The position numbers and the translations under genes are program-made. Source: the human T2T-CHM13v2.0 reference genome, Homo sapiens. From it: a DNA stretch of 64,000 nucleotides. A model generated the notes under the pieces. It was not told where the DNA came from, did no database searches, and saw only the letters and a program-made list of their open reading frames with translations. Location of the stretch: the NCBI RefSeq assembly GCF_009914755.1, contig NC_060938.1; one strand, 5' to 3'. The number at the start of each line of letters is the position of its first letter. Position 1 is the stretch's first letter. Shown here piece by piece: positions 14,475 through 29,128 of the stretch.

Positions 14475-16176
14475 GTGCCTCAAAGCTGCTCTCTGAAACG
14501 GAATGTTCAACTCTATGAGTTGAATGCAAACATCGCAAAGACGTTTCTGAGAATGCTTCTGTCTAGATTTGATATGAAGATATTCCCGTTTCCAACGAAA
14601 TCTTCAAATCTATCCAAATGTCCACTTGCAGATTCAACAAAAAGTGTTTTTCAGAACTGCTCTATCAAAAGAAAGATCCACCTCTGTTAGCTGAGTTCAC
14701 ACATCACAAACAAGTTTATGAGAATGCTTCTGTCTAGTTTTTATTTGAAGATATTTCCTTTCTCACCATAGAGCTGAAAGCTGTCCTAATGTTCACTTCC
14801 AGATACTACAGAAAGAGTGTTTCAAAACTGCTGTACGAAAGGGAATGTTCAACTCTGTGACTTGAATGCACACATCACAAAGAAGTTTCTGAGGATGCTG
14901 CTGTCTACTTTTTATACGTAATCCCGTTTCCAACGAAATCCTCCAAGCTATCCAAATATCCACTTGCAGATTCCACAGAAAGACTGTTTCAAAACTGCTC
15001 TGTCAATAGAAAGGTTCAACTCTGTTAGCTGCGTGCATATATCCCAAAGAAGATTCTGAGATTGCTTCTGTCTAGTTTTTATGGGAAGATATTTCCCTTT
15101 TCACCGTAGGTGTCAAGGCGCTCCAAATGTCCACTTCCAGATACTACAAAAAGAGTGTTTCAAACCTACTCTGTGAAAGGGAATATTCAACTCTGTGACT
15201 TGAATGCACACATCACAAAGAAGTTTCTGAGGATGCTGCTGTCTACTTTTTATACGTAATCCCGTTTCCAACGAAATCCTCCAAGCTATCCAAATATCCA
15301 CTTGCAGATTCCACAGAAAGACTGTTTCAAAACTGCTCTGTCAATAGAAAGGTTCAACTCTGTTAGCTGCATGCATATATCCCAAAGAAGATTCTGAGAT
15401 TGCTTCTGTCTAGTTTTTATGGGAAGATATTTCCCTTTTCACCGTAGGCGTCAAGGCGCTCCAAATGTCCACTTCCAGATACTACAAAAAGAGTGTTTCA
15501 AACCTACTCTGTGAAAGGGAATATTCAACTCTGTGACTTGAATGCACATATCACAAGGAAGTTTCTGAGAATGCTTCTGTCGAGATTTTATATGAAGATA
15601 TTCCCGTTTCCAACGAAATCCTGAAATCTATCCAAATATCCCCTTGCAGATTCTACAAAAAGAGTGTTTCAAAACTGCTCTGTAAAAAGAAAGGTTCAAC
15701 TCTGTTAGTTGAGTACACACATCACAAACAAGTTTCACACAATGCTTCTTTCTAGCTTGTAGGGGAAGATATTCCCTTTATCACCATGGGCCTCAAACCG
15801 TCCGAAAAGTCCACTTCCATATACTACAAAAAGAGCGTTTCAAACCTGCTCTATGAAAGGCAATGTTCAACTCTGTGACTTGAATGCAGACATCACAGAG
15901 CAGTTTCTGAGAATGCTTCTGTCTAGATTTTATAGGAAGATATTCCCGTTTCCAACGAAATCTTCACAGCTATCCAAATATCCACTTGCAGATTCTACAA
16001 AAAGAGTGTATCAAAACTGCTCTGTCAAAAGGAAGGTTCTTTTCTGTTAGGTGAGTGCATACGTCATAAAGGAGTTTCTGAGAATGTTTCTGTCTAGTGG
16101 TTATGGGAAGATATTTGCTTTTTCACCGTAGGCCTCAGAGCGCTCCAAATATCCACTTGCACATACTACAAAAAGA
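14475..16176 (-). repeat. 10-mer HOR variant, duplicated dimer at 14848-15523
   Basis: Interval 1702; same junction. Confidence 0.95.
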
Positions 16177-18904
16177 GTGCCTCAAAGCTGCTCTCTGAAA
16201 CGGAATGTTCAACTCTATGAGTTGAATGCAAACATCGCAAAGACGTTTCTGAGAATGCTTCTGTCTAGATTTGATATGAAGATATTCCCGTTTCCAACGA
16301 AATCTTCAAATCTATCCAAATGTCCACTTGCAGATTCAACAAAAAGTGTTTTTCAGAACTGCTCTATCAAAAGAAAGATCCACCTCTGTTAGCTGAGTTC
16401 ACACATCACAAACAAGTTTATGAGAATGCTTCTGTCTAGTTTTTATTTGAAGATATTTCCTTTCTCACCATAGAGCTGAAAGCTGTCCTAATGTTCACTT
16501 CCAGATACTACAGAAAGAGTGTTTCAAAACTGCTGTACGAAAGGGAATGTTCAACTCTGTGACTTGAATGCACACATCACAAAGAAGTTTCTGAGGATGC
16601 TGCTGTCTACTTTTTATACGTAATCCCGTTTCCAACGAAATCCTCCAAGCTATCCAAATATCCACTTGCAGATTCCACAGAAAGACTGTTTCAAAACTGC
16701 TCTGTCAATAGAAAGGTTCAACTCTGTTAGCTGCGTGCATATATCCCAAAGAAGATTCTGAGATTGCTTCTGTCTAGTTTTTATGGGAAGATATTTCCCT
16801 TTTCACCGTAGGTGTCAAGGCGCTCCAAATGTCCACTTCCAGATACTACAAAAAGAGTGTTTCAAACCTACTCTGTGAAAGGGAATATTCAACTCTGTGA
16901 CTTGAATGCACATATCACAAAGAAGTTTCTGAGAATGCTTCTGTCGAGATTTTATATGAAGATATTCCCGTTTCCAACGAAATGCTGAAATCTATCCAAA
17001 TATCCCCTCGCAGATTCTACAAAAAGAGTGTTTCAAAACTGCTCTGTGAAAAGAAAGGTTCAACTCTGTTAGTTGAGTACACACATCACAAACAAGTTTC
17101 ACAGAATGCTTCTTTCTAGCTTGTAGGGGAAGATATTCCCTTTATCACCATGGGCCTCAAACCGTCCGAAAAGTCCACTTCCATATACTACAAAAAGAGC
17201 GTTTCAAACCTGCTCTATGAAAGGCAATGTTCAACTCTGTGACTTGAATGCAGACATCACAGAGCAGTTTCTGAGAATGCTTCTGTCTAGATTTTATAGG
17301 AAGATATTCCCGTTTCCAAAGAAATCTTCACAGCTATCCAAATATCCACTTGCAGATTCTACAAAAAGAGTGTATCAAAACTGCTCTGTCAAAAGGAAGG
17401 TTCTTTTCTGTTAGGTGAGTGCATACGTCATAAAGGAGTTTCTGAGAATGTTTCTGTCTAGTGGTTATGGGAAGATATTTGCTTTTTCACCGTAGGCCTC
17501 AGAGCGCTCCAAATATCCACTTGCACATACTACAAAAAGAGTGCCTCAAAGCTGCTCTCTGAAACGGAATGTTCAACTCTATGAGTTGAATGCAAACATC
17601 GCAAAGACGTTTCTGAGAATGCTTCTGTCTAGATTTGATATGAAGATATTCCCGTTTCCAACGAAATCTTCAAATCTATCCAAATGTCCACTTGCAGATT
17701 CAACAAAAAGTGTTTTTCAGAACTGCTCTATCAAAAGAAAGATCCACCTCTGTTAGCTGAGTTCAGACATCACAAACAAGTTTATGAGAATGCTTCTGTC
17801 TAGTTTTTATTTGAAGATATTTCCTTTCTCACCATAGACCTGAAAGCTGTCCTAATTTTCACTTCCAGTTACTACAGAAAGAGTGTTTCAAAACTGCTGT
17901 ACGAAAGGGAATGTTCAACTCTGTGACTTGAATGCACACATCACAAAGAAGTTTCTGAGGATGCTGCTGTCTACTTTTTATACGTAATCCCGTTTCCAAC
18001 GAAATCCTCCAAGCTATCCAAATATCCACTTGCAGATTCCACAGAAAGACTGTTTCAAAACTGCTCTGTCAATAGAAAGGTTCAACTCTGTTAGCTGCGT
18101 GCATATATCCCAAAGAAGATTCTGAGATTGCTTCTGTCTAGTTTTTATGGGAAGATATTTCCCTTTTCACCGTAGGCGTCAAGGCGCTCCAAATGTCCAC
18201 TTCCAGATACTACAAAAAGAGTGTTTCAAACCTACTCTGTGAAAGGGAATATTCAACTCTGTGACTTGAATGCACATATCACAAGGAAGTTTCTGAGAAT
18301 GCTTCTGTCGAGATTTTATATGAAGATATTCCCGTTTCCAACGAAATCCTGAAATCTATCCAAATATCCCCTTGCAGATTCTACAAAAAGAGTGTTTCAA
18401 AACTGCTCTGTAAAAAGAAAGGTTCAACTCTGTTAGTTGAGTACACACATCACAAACAAGTTTCACAGAATGCTTCTTTCTAGCTTGTAGGGGAAGATAT
18501 TCCCTTTATCACCATGGGCCTCAAACCGTCCGATAAGTCCACTTCCATATACTACAAAAAGAGCGTTTCAAACCTGCTCTATGAAAGGCAATGTTCAACT
18601 CTGTGACTTGAATGCAGACATCACAGAGCAGTTTCTGAGAATGCTTCTGTCTAGATTTTATAGGAAGATATTCCCGTTTCCAACGAAATCTTCACAGCTA
18701 TCCAAATATCCACTTGCAGATTCTACAAAAAGAGTGTATCAAAACTGCTCTGTCAAAAGGAAGGTTCTTTTCTGTTAGGTGAGTGCATACGTCATAAAGG
18801 AGTTTCTGAGAATGTTTCTGTCTAGTGGTTATGGGAAGATATTTGCTTTTTCACCGTAGGCCTCAGAGCGCTCCAAATATCCACTTGCACATACTACAAA
18901 AAGA

Positions 18905-20606
18905 GTGCCTCAAAGCTGCTCTCTGAAACGGAATGTTCAACTCTATGAGTTGAATGCAAACATCGCAAAGACGTTTCTGAGAATGCTTCTGTCTAGATTT
19001 GATATGAAGATATTCCCGTTTCCAACGAAATCTTCAAATCTATCCAAATGTCCACTTGCAGATTCAACAAAAAGTGTTTTTCAGAACTGCTCTATCAAAA
19101 GAAAGATCCACCTCTGTTAGCTGAGTTCACACATCACAAACAAGTTTATGAGAATGCTTCTGTCTAGTTTTTATTTGAAGATATTTCCTTTCTCACCATA
19201 GAGCTGAAAGCTGTCCTAATGTTCACTTCCAGATACTACAGAAAGAGTGTTTCAAAACTGCTGTACGAAAGGGAATGTTCAACTCTGTGACTTGAATGCA
19301 CACATCACAAAGAAGTTTCTGAGGATGCTGCTGTCTACTTTTTATACGTAATCCCGTTTCCAACGAAATCCTCCAAGCTATCCAAATATCCACTTGCAGA
19401 TTCCACAGAAAGACTGTTTCAAAACTGCTCTGTCAATAGAAAGGTTCAACTCTGTTAGCTGCGTGCATATATCCCAAAGAAGATTCTGAGATTGCTTCTG
19501 TCTAGTTTTTATGGGAAGATATTTCCCTTTTCACCGTAGGTGTCAAGGCGCTCCAAATGTCCACTTCCAGATACTACAAAAAGAGTGTTTCAAACCTACT
19601 CTGTGAAAGGGAATATTCAACTCTGTGACTTGAATGCACACATCACAAAGAAGTTTCTGAGGATGCTGCTGTCTACTTTTTATACGTAATCCCGTTTCCA
19701 ACGAAATCCTCCAAGCTATCCAAATATCCACTTGCAGATTCCACAGAAAGACTGTTTCAAAACTGCTCTGTCAATAGAAAGGTTCAACTCTGTTAGCTGC
19801 ATGCATATATCCCAAAGAAGATTCTGAGATTGCTTCTGTCTAGTTTTTATGGGAAGATATTTCCCTTTTCACCGTAGGCGTCAAGGCGCTCCAAATGTCC
19901 ACTTCCAGATACTACAAAAAGAGTGTTTCAAACCTACTCTGTGAAAGGGAATATTCAACTCTGTGACTTGAATGCACATATCACAAGGAAGTTTCTGAGA
20001 ATGCTTCTGTCGAGATTTTATATGAAGATATTCCCGTTTCCAACGAAATCCTGAAATCTATCCAAATATCCCCTTGCAGATTCTACAAAAAGAGTGTTTC
20101 AAAACTGCTCTGTAAAAAGAAAGGTTCAACTCTGTTAGTTGAGTACACACATCACAAACAAGTTTCACACAATGCTTCTTTCTAGCTTGTAGGGGAAGAT
20201 ATTCCCTTTATCACCATGGGCCTCAAACCGTCCGAAAAGTCCACTTCCATATACTACAAAAAGAGCGTTTCAAACCTGCTCTATGAAAGGCAATGTTCAA
20301 CTCTGTGACTTGAATGCAGACATCACAGAGCAGTTTCTGAGAATGCTTCTGTCTAGATTTTATAGGAAGATATTCCCGTTTCCAACGAAATCTTCACAGC
20401 TATCCAAATATCCACTTGCAGATTCTACAAAAAGAGTGTATCAAAACTGCTCTGTCAAAAGGAAGGTTCTTTTCTGTTAGGTGAGTGCATACGTCATAAA
20501 GGAGTTTCTGAGAATGTTTCTGTCTAGTGGTTATGGGAAGATATTTGCTTTTTCACCGTAGGCCTCAGAGCGCTCCAAATATCCACTTGCACATACTACA
20601 AAAAGA
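18905..20606 (-). repeat. 10-mer HOR variant, duplicated dimer at 19278-19953
   Basis: Interval 1702; same junction. Confidence 0.95.
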
Positions 20607-23334
20607 GTGCCTCAAAGCTGCTCTCTGAAACGGAATGTTCAACTCTATGAGTTGAATGCAAACATCGCAAAGACGTTTCTGAGAATGCTTCTGTCTAGAT
20701 TTGATATGAAGATATTCCCGTTTCCAACGAAATCTTCAAATCTATCCAAATGTCCACTTGCAGATTCAACAAAAAGTGTTTTTCAGAACTGCTCTATCAA
20801 AAGAAAGATCCACCTCTGTTAGCTGAGTTCACACATCACAAACAAGTTTATGAGAATGCTTCTGTCTAGTTTTTATTTGAAGATATTTCCTTTCTCACCA
20901 TAGAGCTGAAAGCTGTCCTAATGTTCACTTCCAGATACTACAGAAAGAGTGTTTCAAAACTGCTGTACGAAAGGGAATGTTCAACTCTGTGACTTGAATG
21001 CACACATCACAAAGAAGTTTCTGAGGATGCTGCTGTCTACTTTTTATACGTAATCCCGTTTCCAACGAAATCCTCCAAGCTATCCAAATATCCACTTACA
21101 GATTCCACAGAAAGACTGTTTCAAAACTGCTCTGTCAATAGAAAGGTTCAACTCTGTTAGCTGCATGCATATATCCCAAAGAAGATTCTGAGATTGCTTC
21201 TGTCTAGTTTTTATGGGAAGATATTTCCCTTTTCACCGTAGGCGTCAAGGCGCTCCAAATGTCCACTTCCAGATACTACAAAAAGAGTGTTTCAAACCTA
21301 CTCTGTGAAAGGGAATATTCAACTCTGTGACTTGAATGCACATATCACAAGGAAGTTTCTGAGAATGCTTCTGTCGAGATTTTATATGAAGATATTACCG
21401 TTTCCAACGAAATCCTGAAATCTATCCAAATATCCCCTTGCAGATTCTACAAAAAGAGTGTTTCAAAACTGCTCTGTAAAAAGAAAGGTTCAACTCTGTT
21501 AGTTGAGTACACACATCACAAACAAGTTTCACACAATGCTTCTTTCTAGCTTGTAGGGGAAGATATTCCCTTTATCACCATGGGCCTCAAACCGTCCGAT
21601 AAGTCCACTTCCATATACTACAAAAAGAGCGTTTCAAACCTGCTCTATGAAAGGCAATGTTCAACTCTGTGACTTGAATGCAGACATCACAGAGCAGTTT
21701 CTGAGAATGCTTCTGTCTAGATTTTATAGGAAGATATTCCCGTTTCCAACGAAATCTTCACAGCTATCCAAATATCCACTTGCAGATTCTACAAAAAGAG
21801 TGTATCAAAACTGCTCTGTCAAAAGGAAGGTTCTTCTCTGTTAGGTGAGTGCATACGTCATAAAGGAGTTTCTGAGAATGTTTCTGTCTAGTGGTTATGG
21901 GAAGATATTTGCTTTTTCACCGTAGGCCTCAGAGCGCTCCAAATATCCACTTGCACATACTACAAAAAGAGTGCTTCAAAGCTGCTCTCTGAAACGGAAT
22001 GTTCAACTCTATGAGTTGAATGCAAACATCACAAAGACGTTTCTGAGAATGCTTCTGTCTAGATTTGATATGAAGATATTCCCGTTTCCAACGAAATCTT
22101 CAAATCTATCCAAATGTCCACTTGCAGATTCAACAAAAAGTGTTTTTCAGAACTGCTCTATCAAAAGAAAGATCCACCTCTGTTAGCTGAGTTCACACAT
22201 CACAAACAACTTTATGAGAATGCTTCTGTCTAGTTTTTATTTGAAGATATTTCCTTTCTCACCATAGAGCTGAAAGCTGTCCTAATGTTCACTTCCAGAT
22301 ACTACAGAAAGAGTGTTTCAAAACTGCTGTACGAAAGGGAATGTTCAACTCTGTGACTTGAATGCACACATCACAAAGAAGTTTCTGAGGATGCTGCTGT
22401 CTACTTTTTATACGTAATCCCGTTTCCAACGAAATCCTCCAAGCTATCCAAATATCCACTTGCAGATTCCACAGAAAGACTGTTTCAAAACTGCTCTGTC
22501 AATAGAAAGGTTCAACTCTGTTAGCTGCATGCATATATCCCAAAGAAGATTCTGAGATTGCTTCTGTCTAGTTTTTATGGGAAGATATTTCCCTTTTCAC
22601 CGTAGGCGTCAAGGCGCTCCAAATGTCCACTTCCAGATACTACAAAAAGAGTGTTTCAAACCTACTCTGTGAAAGGGAATATTCAACTCTGTGACTTGAA
22701 TGCACATATCACAAGGAAGTTTCTGAGAATGCTTCTGTCGAGATTTTATATGAAGATATTCCCGTTTCCAACGAAATCCTGAAATGTATCCAAATATCCC
22801 CTTGCAGATTCTACAAAAAGAGTGTTTCAAAACTGCTCTGTAAAAAGAAAGGTTCAACTCTGTTAGTTGAGTACACACATCACAAACAAGTTTCACACAA
22901 TGCTTCTTTCTAGCTTGTAGGGGAAGATATTCCCTTTATCACCATGGGCCTCAAACCGTCCGAAAAGTCCACTTCCATATACTACAAAAAGAGCGTTTCA
23001 AACCTGCTCTATGAAAGGCAATGTTCAACTCTGTGACTTGAATGCAGACATCACAGAGCAGTTTCTGAGAATGCTTCTGTCTAGATTTTATAGGAAGATA
23101 TTCCCGTTTCCAACGAAATCTTCACAGCTATCCAAATATCCACTTGCAGATTCTACAAAAAGAGTGTATCAAAACTGCTCTGTCAAAAGGAAGGTTCTTT
23201 TCTGTTAGGTGAGTGCATACGTCATAAAGGAGTTTCTGAGAATGTTTCTGTCTAGTGGTTATGGGAAGATATTTGCTTTTTCACCGTAGGCCTCAGAGCG
23301 CTCCAAATATCCACTTGCACATACTACAAAAAGA

Positions 23335-25036
23335 GTGCCTCAAAGCTGCTCTCTGAAACGGAATGTTCAACTCTATGAGTTGAATGCAAACATCGCAAAG
23401 ACGTTTCTGAGAATGCTTCTGTCTAGATTTGATATGAAGATATTCCCGTTTCCAACGAAATCTTCAACTCTATCCAAATGTCCACTTGCAGATTCAACAA
23501 AAAGTGTTTTTCAGAACTGCTCTATCAAAAGAAAGATCCACCTCTGTTAGCTGAGTTCACACATCACAAACAAGTTTATGAGAATGCTTCTGTCTAGTTT
23601 TTATTTGAAGATATTTCCTTTCTCACCATAGAGCTGAAAGCTGTCCTAATGTTCACTTCCAGATACTACAGAAAGAGTGTTTCAAAACTGCTGTACGAAA
23701 GGGAATGTTCAACTCTGTGACTTGAATGCACACATCACAAAGAAGTTTCTGAGGATGCTGCTGTCTACTTTTTATACGTAATCCCGTTTCCAACGAAATC
23801 CTCCAAGCTATCCAAATATCCACTTGCAGATTCCACAGAAAGACTGTTTCAAAACTGCTCTGTCAATAGAAAGGTTCAACTCTGTTAGCTGCGTGCATAT
23901 ATCCCAAAGAAGATTCTGAGATTGCTTCTGTCTAGTTTTTATGGGAAGATATTTCCCTTTTCACCGTAGGTGTCAAGGCGCTCCAAATGTCCACTTCCAG
24001 ATACTACAAAAAGAGTGTTTCAAACCTACTCTGTGAAAGGGAATATTCAACTCTGTGACTTGAATGCACACATCACAAAGAAGTTTCTGAGGATGCTGCT
24101 GTCTACTTTTTATACGTAATCCCGTTTCCAACGAAATCCTCCAAGCTATCCAAATATCCACTTGCAGATTCCACAGAAAGACTGTTTCAAAACTGCTCTG
24201 TCAATAGAAAGGTTCAACTCTGTTAGCTGCATGCATATATCCCAAAGAAGATTCTGAGATTGCTTCTGTCTAGTTTTTATGGGAAGATATTTCCCTTTTC
24301 ACCGTAGGCGTCAAGGCGCTCCAAATGTCCACTTCCAGATACTACAAAAAGAGTGTTTCAAACCTACTCTGTGAAAGGGAATATTCAACTCTGTGACTTG
24401 AATGCACATATCACAAGGAAGTTTCTGAGAATGCTTCTGTCGAGATTTTATATGAAGATATTCCCGTTTCCAACGAAATCCTGAAATGTATCCAAATATC
24501 CCCTTGCAGATTCTACAAAAAGAGTGTTTCAAAACTGCTCTGTAAAAAGAAAGGTTCAACTCTGTTAGTTGAGTACACACATCACAAACAAGTTTCACAC
24601 AATGCTTCTTTCTAGCTTGTAGGGGAAGATATTCCCTTTATCACCATGGGCCTCAAACCGTCCGAAAAGTCCACTTCCATATACTACAAAAAGAGCGTTT
24701 CAAACCTGCTCTATGAAAGGCAATGTTCAACTCTGTGACTTGAATGCAGACATCACAGAGCAGTTTCTGAGAATGCTTCTGTCTAGATTTTATAGGAAGA
24801 TATTCCCGTTTCCAACGAAATCTTCACAGCTATCCAAATATCCACTTGCAGATTCTACAAAAAGAGTGTATCAAAACTGCTCTGTCAAAAGGAAGGTTCT
24901 TTTCTGTTAGGTGAGTGCATACGTCATAAAGGAGTTTCTGAGAATGTTTCTGTCTAGTGGTTATGGGAAGATATTTGCTTTTTCACCGTAGGCCTCAGAG
25001 CGCTCCAAATATCCACTTGCACATACTACAAAAAGA
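23335..25036 (-). repeat. 10-mer HOR variant, duplicated dimer at 23708-24383
   Basis: Interval 1702; same junction. Confidence 0.95.
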
Positions 25037-28000
25037 GTGCCTCAAAGCTGCTCTCTGAAACGGAATGTTCAACTCTATGAGTTGAATGCAAACATCGCAA
25101 AGACGTTTCTGAGAATGCTTCTGTCTAGATTTGATATGAAGATATTCCCGTTTCCAACGAAATCTTCAAATCTATCCAAATGTCCACTTGCAGATTCAAC
25201 AAAAAGTGTTTTTCAGAACTGCTCTATCAAAAGAAAGATCCACCTCTGTTAGCTGAGTTCACACATCACAAACAAGTTTATGAGAATGCTTCTGTCTAGT
25301 TTTTATTTGAAGATATTTCCTTTCTCACCATAGAGCTGAAAGCTGTCCTAATGTTCACTTCCAGATACTACAGAAAGAGTGTTTCAAAACTGCTGTACGA
25401 AAGGGAATGTTCAACTCTGTGATTTGAATGCACACATCACAAAGAAGTTTCTGAGGATGCTGCTGTCTACTTTTTATACGTAATCCCGTTTCCAACGAAA
25501 TCCTCCAAGCTATCCAAATATCCACTTGCAGATTCCACAGAAAGACTGTTTCAAAACTGCTCTGTCAATAGAAAGGTTCAACTCTGTTAGCTGCGTGCAT
25601 ATATCCCAAAGAAGATTCTGAGATTGCTTCTGTCTAGTTTTTATGGGAAGATATTTCCCTTTTCACCGTAGGTGTCAAGGCGCTCCAAATGTCCACTTCC
25701 AGATACTACAAAAAGAGTGTTTCAAACCTACTCTGTGAAAGGGAATATTCAACTCTGTGACTTGAATGCACATATCACAAAGAAGTTTCTGAGAATGCTT
25801 CTGTCGAGATTTTATATGAAGATATTCCCGTTTCCAACGAAATGCTGAAATCTATCCAAATATCCCCTCGCAGATTCTACAAAAAGAGTGTTTCAAAACT
25901 GCTCTGTGAAAAGAAAGGTTCAACTCTGTTAGTTGAGTACACACATCACAAACAAGTTTCACAGAATGCTTCTTTCTAGCTTGTAGGGGAAGATATTCCC
26001 TTTATCACCATGGGCCTCCAACCGTCCGAAACATCCACTTCCATATACTACAAAAAGAGCGTTTCAAACCTGCTCTATGAAAGGCAATGTTCAACTCTGT
26101 GACTTGAATGCAGACATCACAGAGCAGTTTCTGAGAATGCTTCTGTCTAGATTTTATAGGAAGATATTCCCGTTTCCAACGAAATCTTCACAGCTATCCA
26201 AATATCCACTTGCAGATTCTACAAAAAGAGTGTATCAAAACTGCTCTGTCAAAAGGAAGGTTCTTCTCTGTTAGGTGAGTGCATACGTCATAAAGGAGTT
26301 TCTGAGAATGTTTCTGTCTAGTGGTTATGGGAAGATATTTGCTTTTTCACCGTAGGCCTCAGAGCGCTCCAAATATCCACTTGCACATACTACAAAAAGA
26401 GTGCTTCAAAGCTGCTCTCTGAAACGGAATGTTCAACTCTATGAGTTGAATGCAAACATCACAAAGACGTTTCTGAGAATGCTTCTGTCTAGATTTGATA
26501 TGAAGATATTCCCGTTTCCAACGAAATCTTCAAATCTATCCAAATGTCCACTTGCAGATTCAACAAAAAGTGTTTTTCAGAACTGCTCTATCAAAAGAAA
26601 GATCCACCTCTGTTAGCTGAGTTCACACATCACAAACAAGTTTATGAGAATGCTTCTGTCTAGTTTTTATTTGAAGATATTTCCTTTCTCACCATAGAGC
26701 TGAAAGCTGTCCTAATGTTCACTTCCAGATACTACAGAAAGAGTGTTTCAAAACTGCTGTACGAAAGGGAATGTTCAACTCTGTGACTTGAATGCACACA
26801 TCACAAAGTAGTTTCTGAGGATGCTGCTGTCTACTTTTTATACGTAATCCCGTTTCCAACGAAATCCTCCAAGCTATCCAAATATCCACTTGCAGATTCC
26901 ACAGAAAGACTGTTTCAAAACTGCTCTGTCAATAGAAAGGTTCAACTCTGTTAGCTGCATGCATATATCCCAAAGAAGATTCTGAGATTGCTTCTGTCTA
27001 GTTTTTATGGGAAGATATTTCCCTTTTCACCGTAGGCGTCAAGGCGCTCCAAATGTCCACTTCCAGATACTACAAAAAGAGTGTTTCAAACCTACTCTGT
27101 GAAAGGGAATATTCAACTCTGTGACTTGAATGCACATATCACAAGGAAGTTTCTGAGAATGCTTCTGTCGAGATTTTATATGAAGATATTCCCGTTTCCA
27201 ACGAAATCCTGAAATCTATCCAAATATCCCCTTGCAGATTCTACAAAAAGAGTGTTTCAAAACTGCTCTGTAAAAAGAAAGGTTCAACTCTGTTAGTTGA
27301 GTACACACATCACAAACAAGTTTCACACAATGCTTCTTTCTAGCTTGTAGGGGAAGATATTCCCTTTATCACCATGGGCCTCAAACCGTCCGATAAGTCC
27401 ACTTCCATATACTACAAAAAGAGCGTTTCAAACCTGCTCTATGAAAGGCAATGTTCAACTCTGTGACTTGAATGCAGACATCACAGAGCAGTTTCTGAGA
27501 ATGCTTCTGTCTAGATTTTATAGGAAGATATTCCCGTTTCCAACGAAATCTTCACAGCTATCCAAATATCCACTTGCAGATTCTACAAAAAGAGTGTATC
27601 AAAACTGCTCTGTCAAAAGGAAGGTTCTTCTCTGTTAGGTGAGTGCATACGTCATAAAGGAGTTTCTGAGAATGTTTCTGTCTAGTGGTTATGGGAAGAT
27701 ATTTGCTTTTTCACCGTAGGCCTCAGAGCGCTCCAAATATCCACTTGCACATACTACAAAAAGAGTGCTTCAAAGCTGCTCTCTGAAACGGAATGTTCAA
27801 CTCTATGAGTTGAATGCAAACATCACAAAGACGTTTCTGAGAATGCTTCTGTCTAGATTTGATATGAAGATATTCCCGTTTCCAACGAAATCTTCAAATC
27901 TATCCAAATGTCCACTTGCAGATTCAACAAAAAGTGTTTTTCAGAACTGCTCTATCAAAAGAAAGATCCACCTCTGTTAGCTGAGTTCACACATCACAAA

Positions 28001-29128
28001 CAACTTTATGAGAATGCTTCTGTCTAGTTTTTATTTGAAGATATTTCCTTTCTCACCATAGAGCTGAAAGCTGTCCTAATGTTCACTTCCAGATACTACA
28101 GAAAGAGTGTTTCAAAACTGCTGTACGAAAGGGAATGTTCAACTCTGTGACTTGAATGCACACATCACAAAGAAGTTTCTGAGGATGCTGCTGTCTACTT
28201 TTTATACGTAATCCCGTTTCCAACGAAATCCTCCAAGCTATCCAAATATCCACTTGCAGATTCCACAGAAAGACTGTTTCAAAACTGCTCTGTCAATAGA
28301 AAGGTTCAACTCTGTTAGCTGCATGCATATATCCCAAAGAAGATTCTGAGATTGCTTCTGTCTAGTTTTTATGGGAAGATATTTCCCTTTTCACCGTAGG
28401 CGTCAAGGCGCTCCAAATGTCCACTTCCAGATACTACAAAAAGAGTGTTTCAAACCTACTCTGTGAAAGGGAATATTCAACTCTGTGACTTGAATGCACA
28501 TATCACAAGGAAGTTTCTGAGAATGCTTCTGTCGAGATTTTATATGAAGATATTCCCGTTTCCAACGAAATCCTGAAATCTATCCAAATATCCCCTTGCA
28601 GATTCTACAAAAAGAGTGTTTCAAAACTGCTCTGTAAAAAGAAAGGTTCAACTCTGTTAGTTGAGTACACACATCACAAACAAGTTTCACAGAATGCTTC
28701 TTTCTAGCTTGTAGGGGAAGATATTCCCTTTATCACCATGGGCCTCAAACCGTCCGATAAGTCCACTTCCATATACTACAAAAAGAGCGTTTCAAACCTG
28801 CTCTATGAAAGACAATGTTCAACTCTGTGACTTGAATGCAGACATCACAGAGCAGTTTCTGAGAATGCTTCTGTCTAGATTTTATAGGAAGATATTCCCG
28901 TTTCCAACGAAATCTTCACAGCTATCAAAATATCCACTTGCAGATTCTACAAAAAGAGTGTATCAAAACTGCTCTGTCAAAAGGAAGGTTCTTTTCTGTT
29001 AGGTGAGTGCATACGTCATAAAGGAGTTTCTGAGAATGTTTCTGTCTAGTGGTTATGGGAAGATATTTGCTTTTTCACCGTAGGCCTCAGAGCGCTCCAA
29101 ATATCCACTTGCACATACTACAAAAAGA

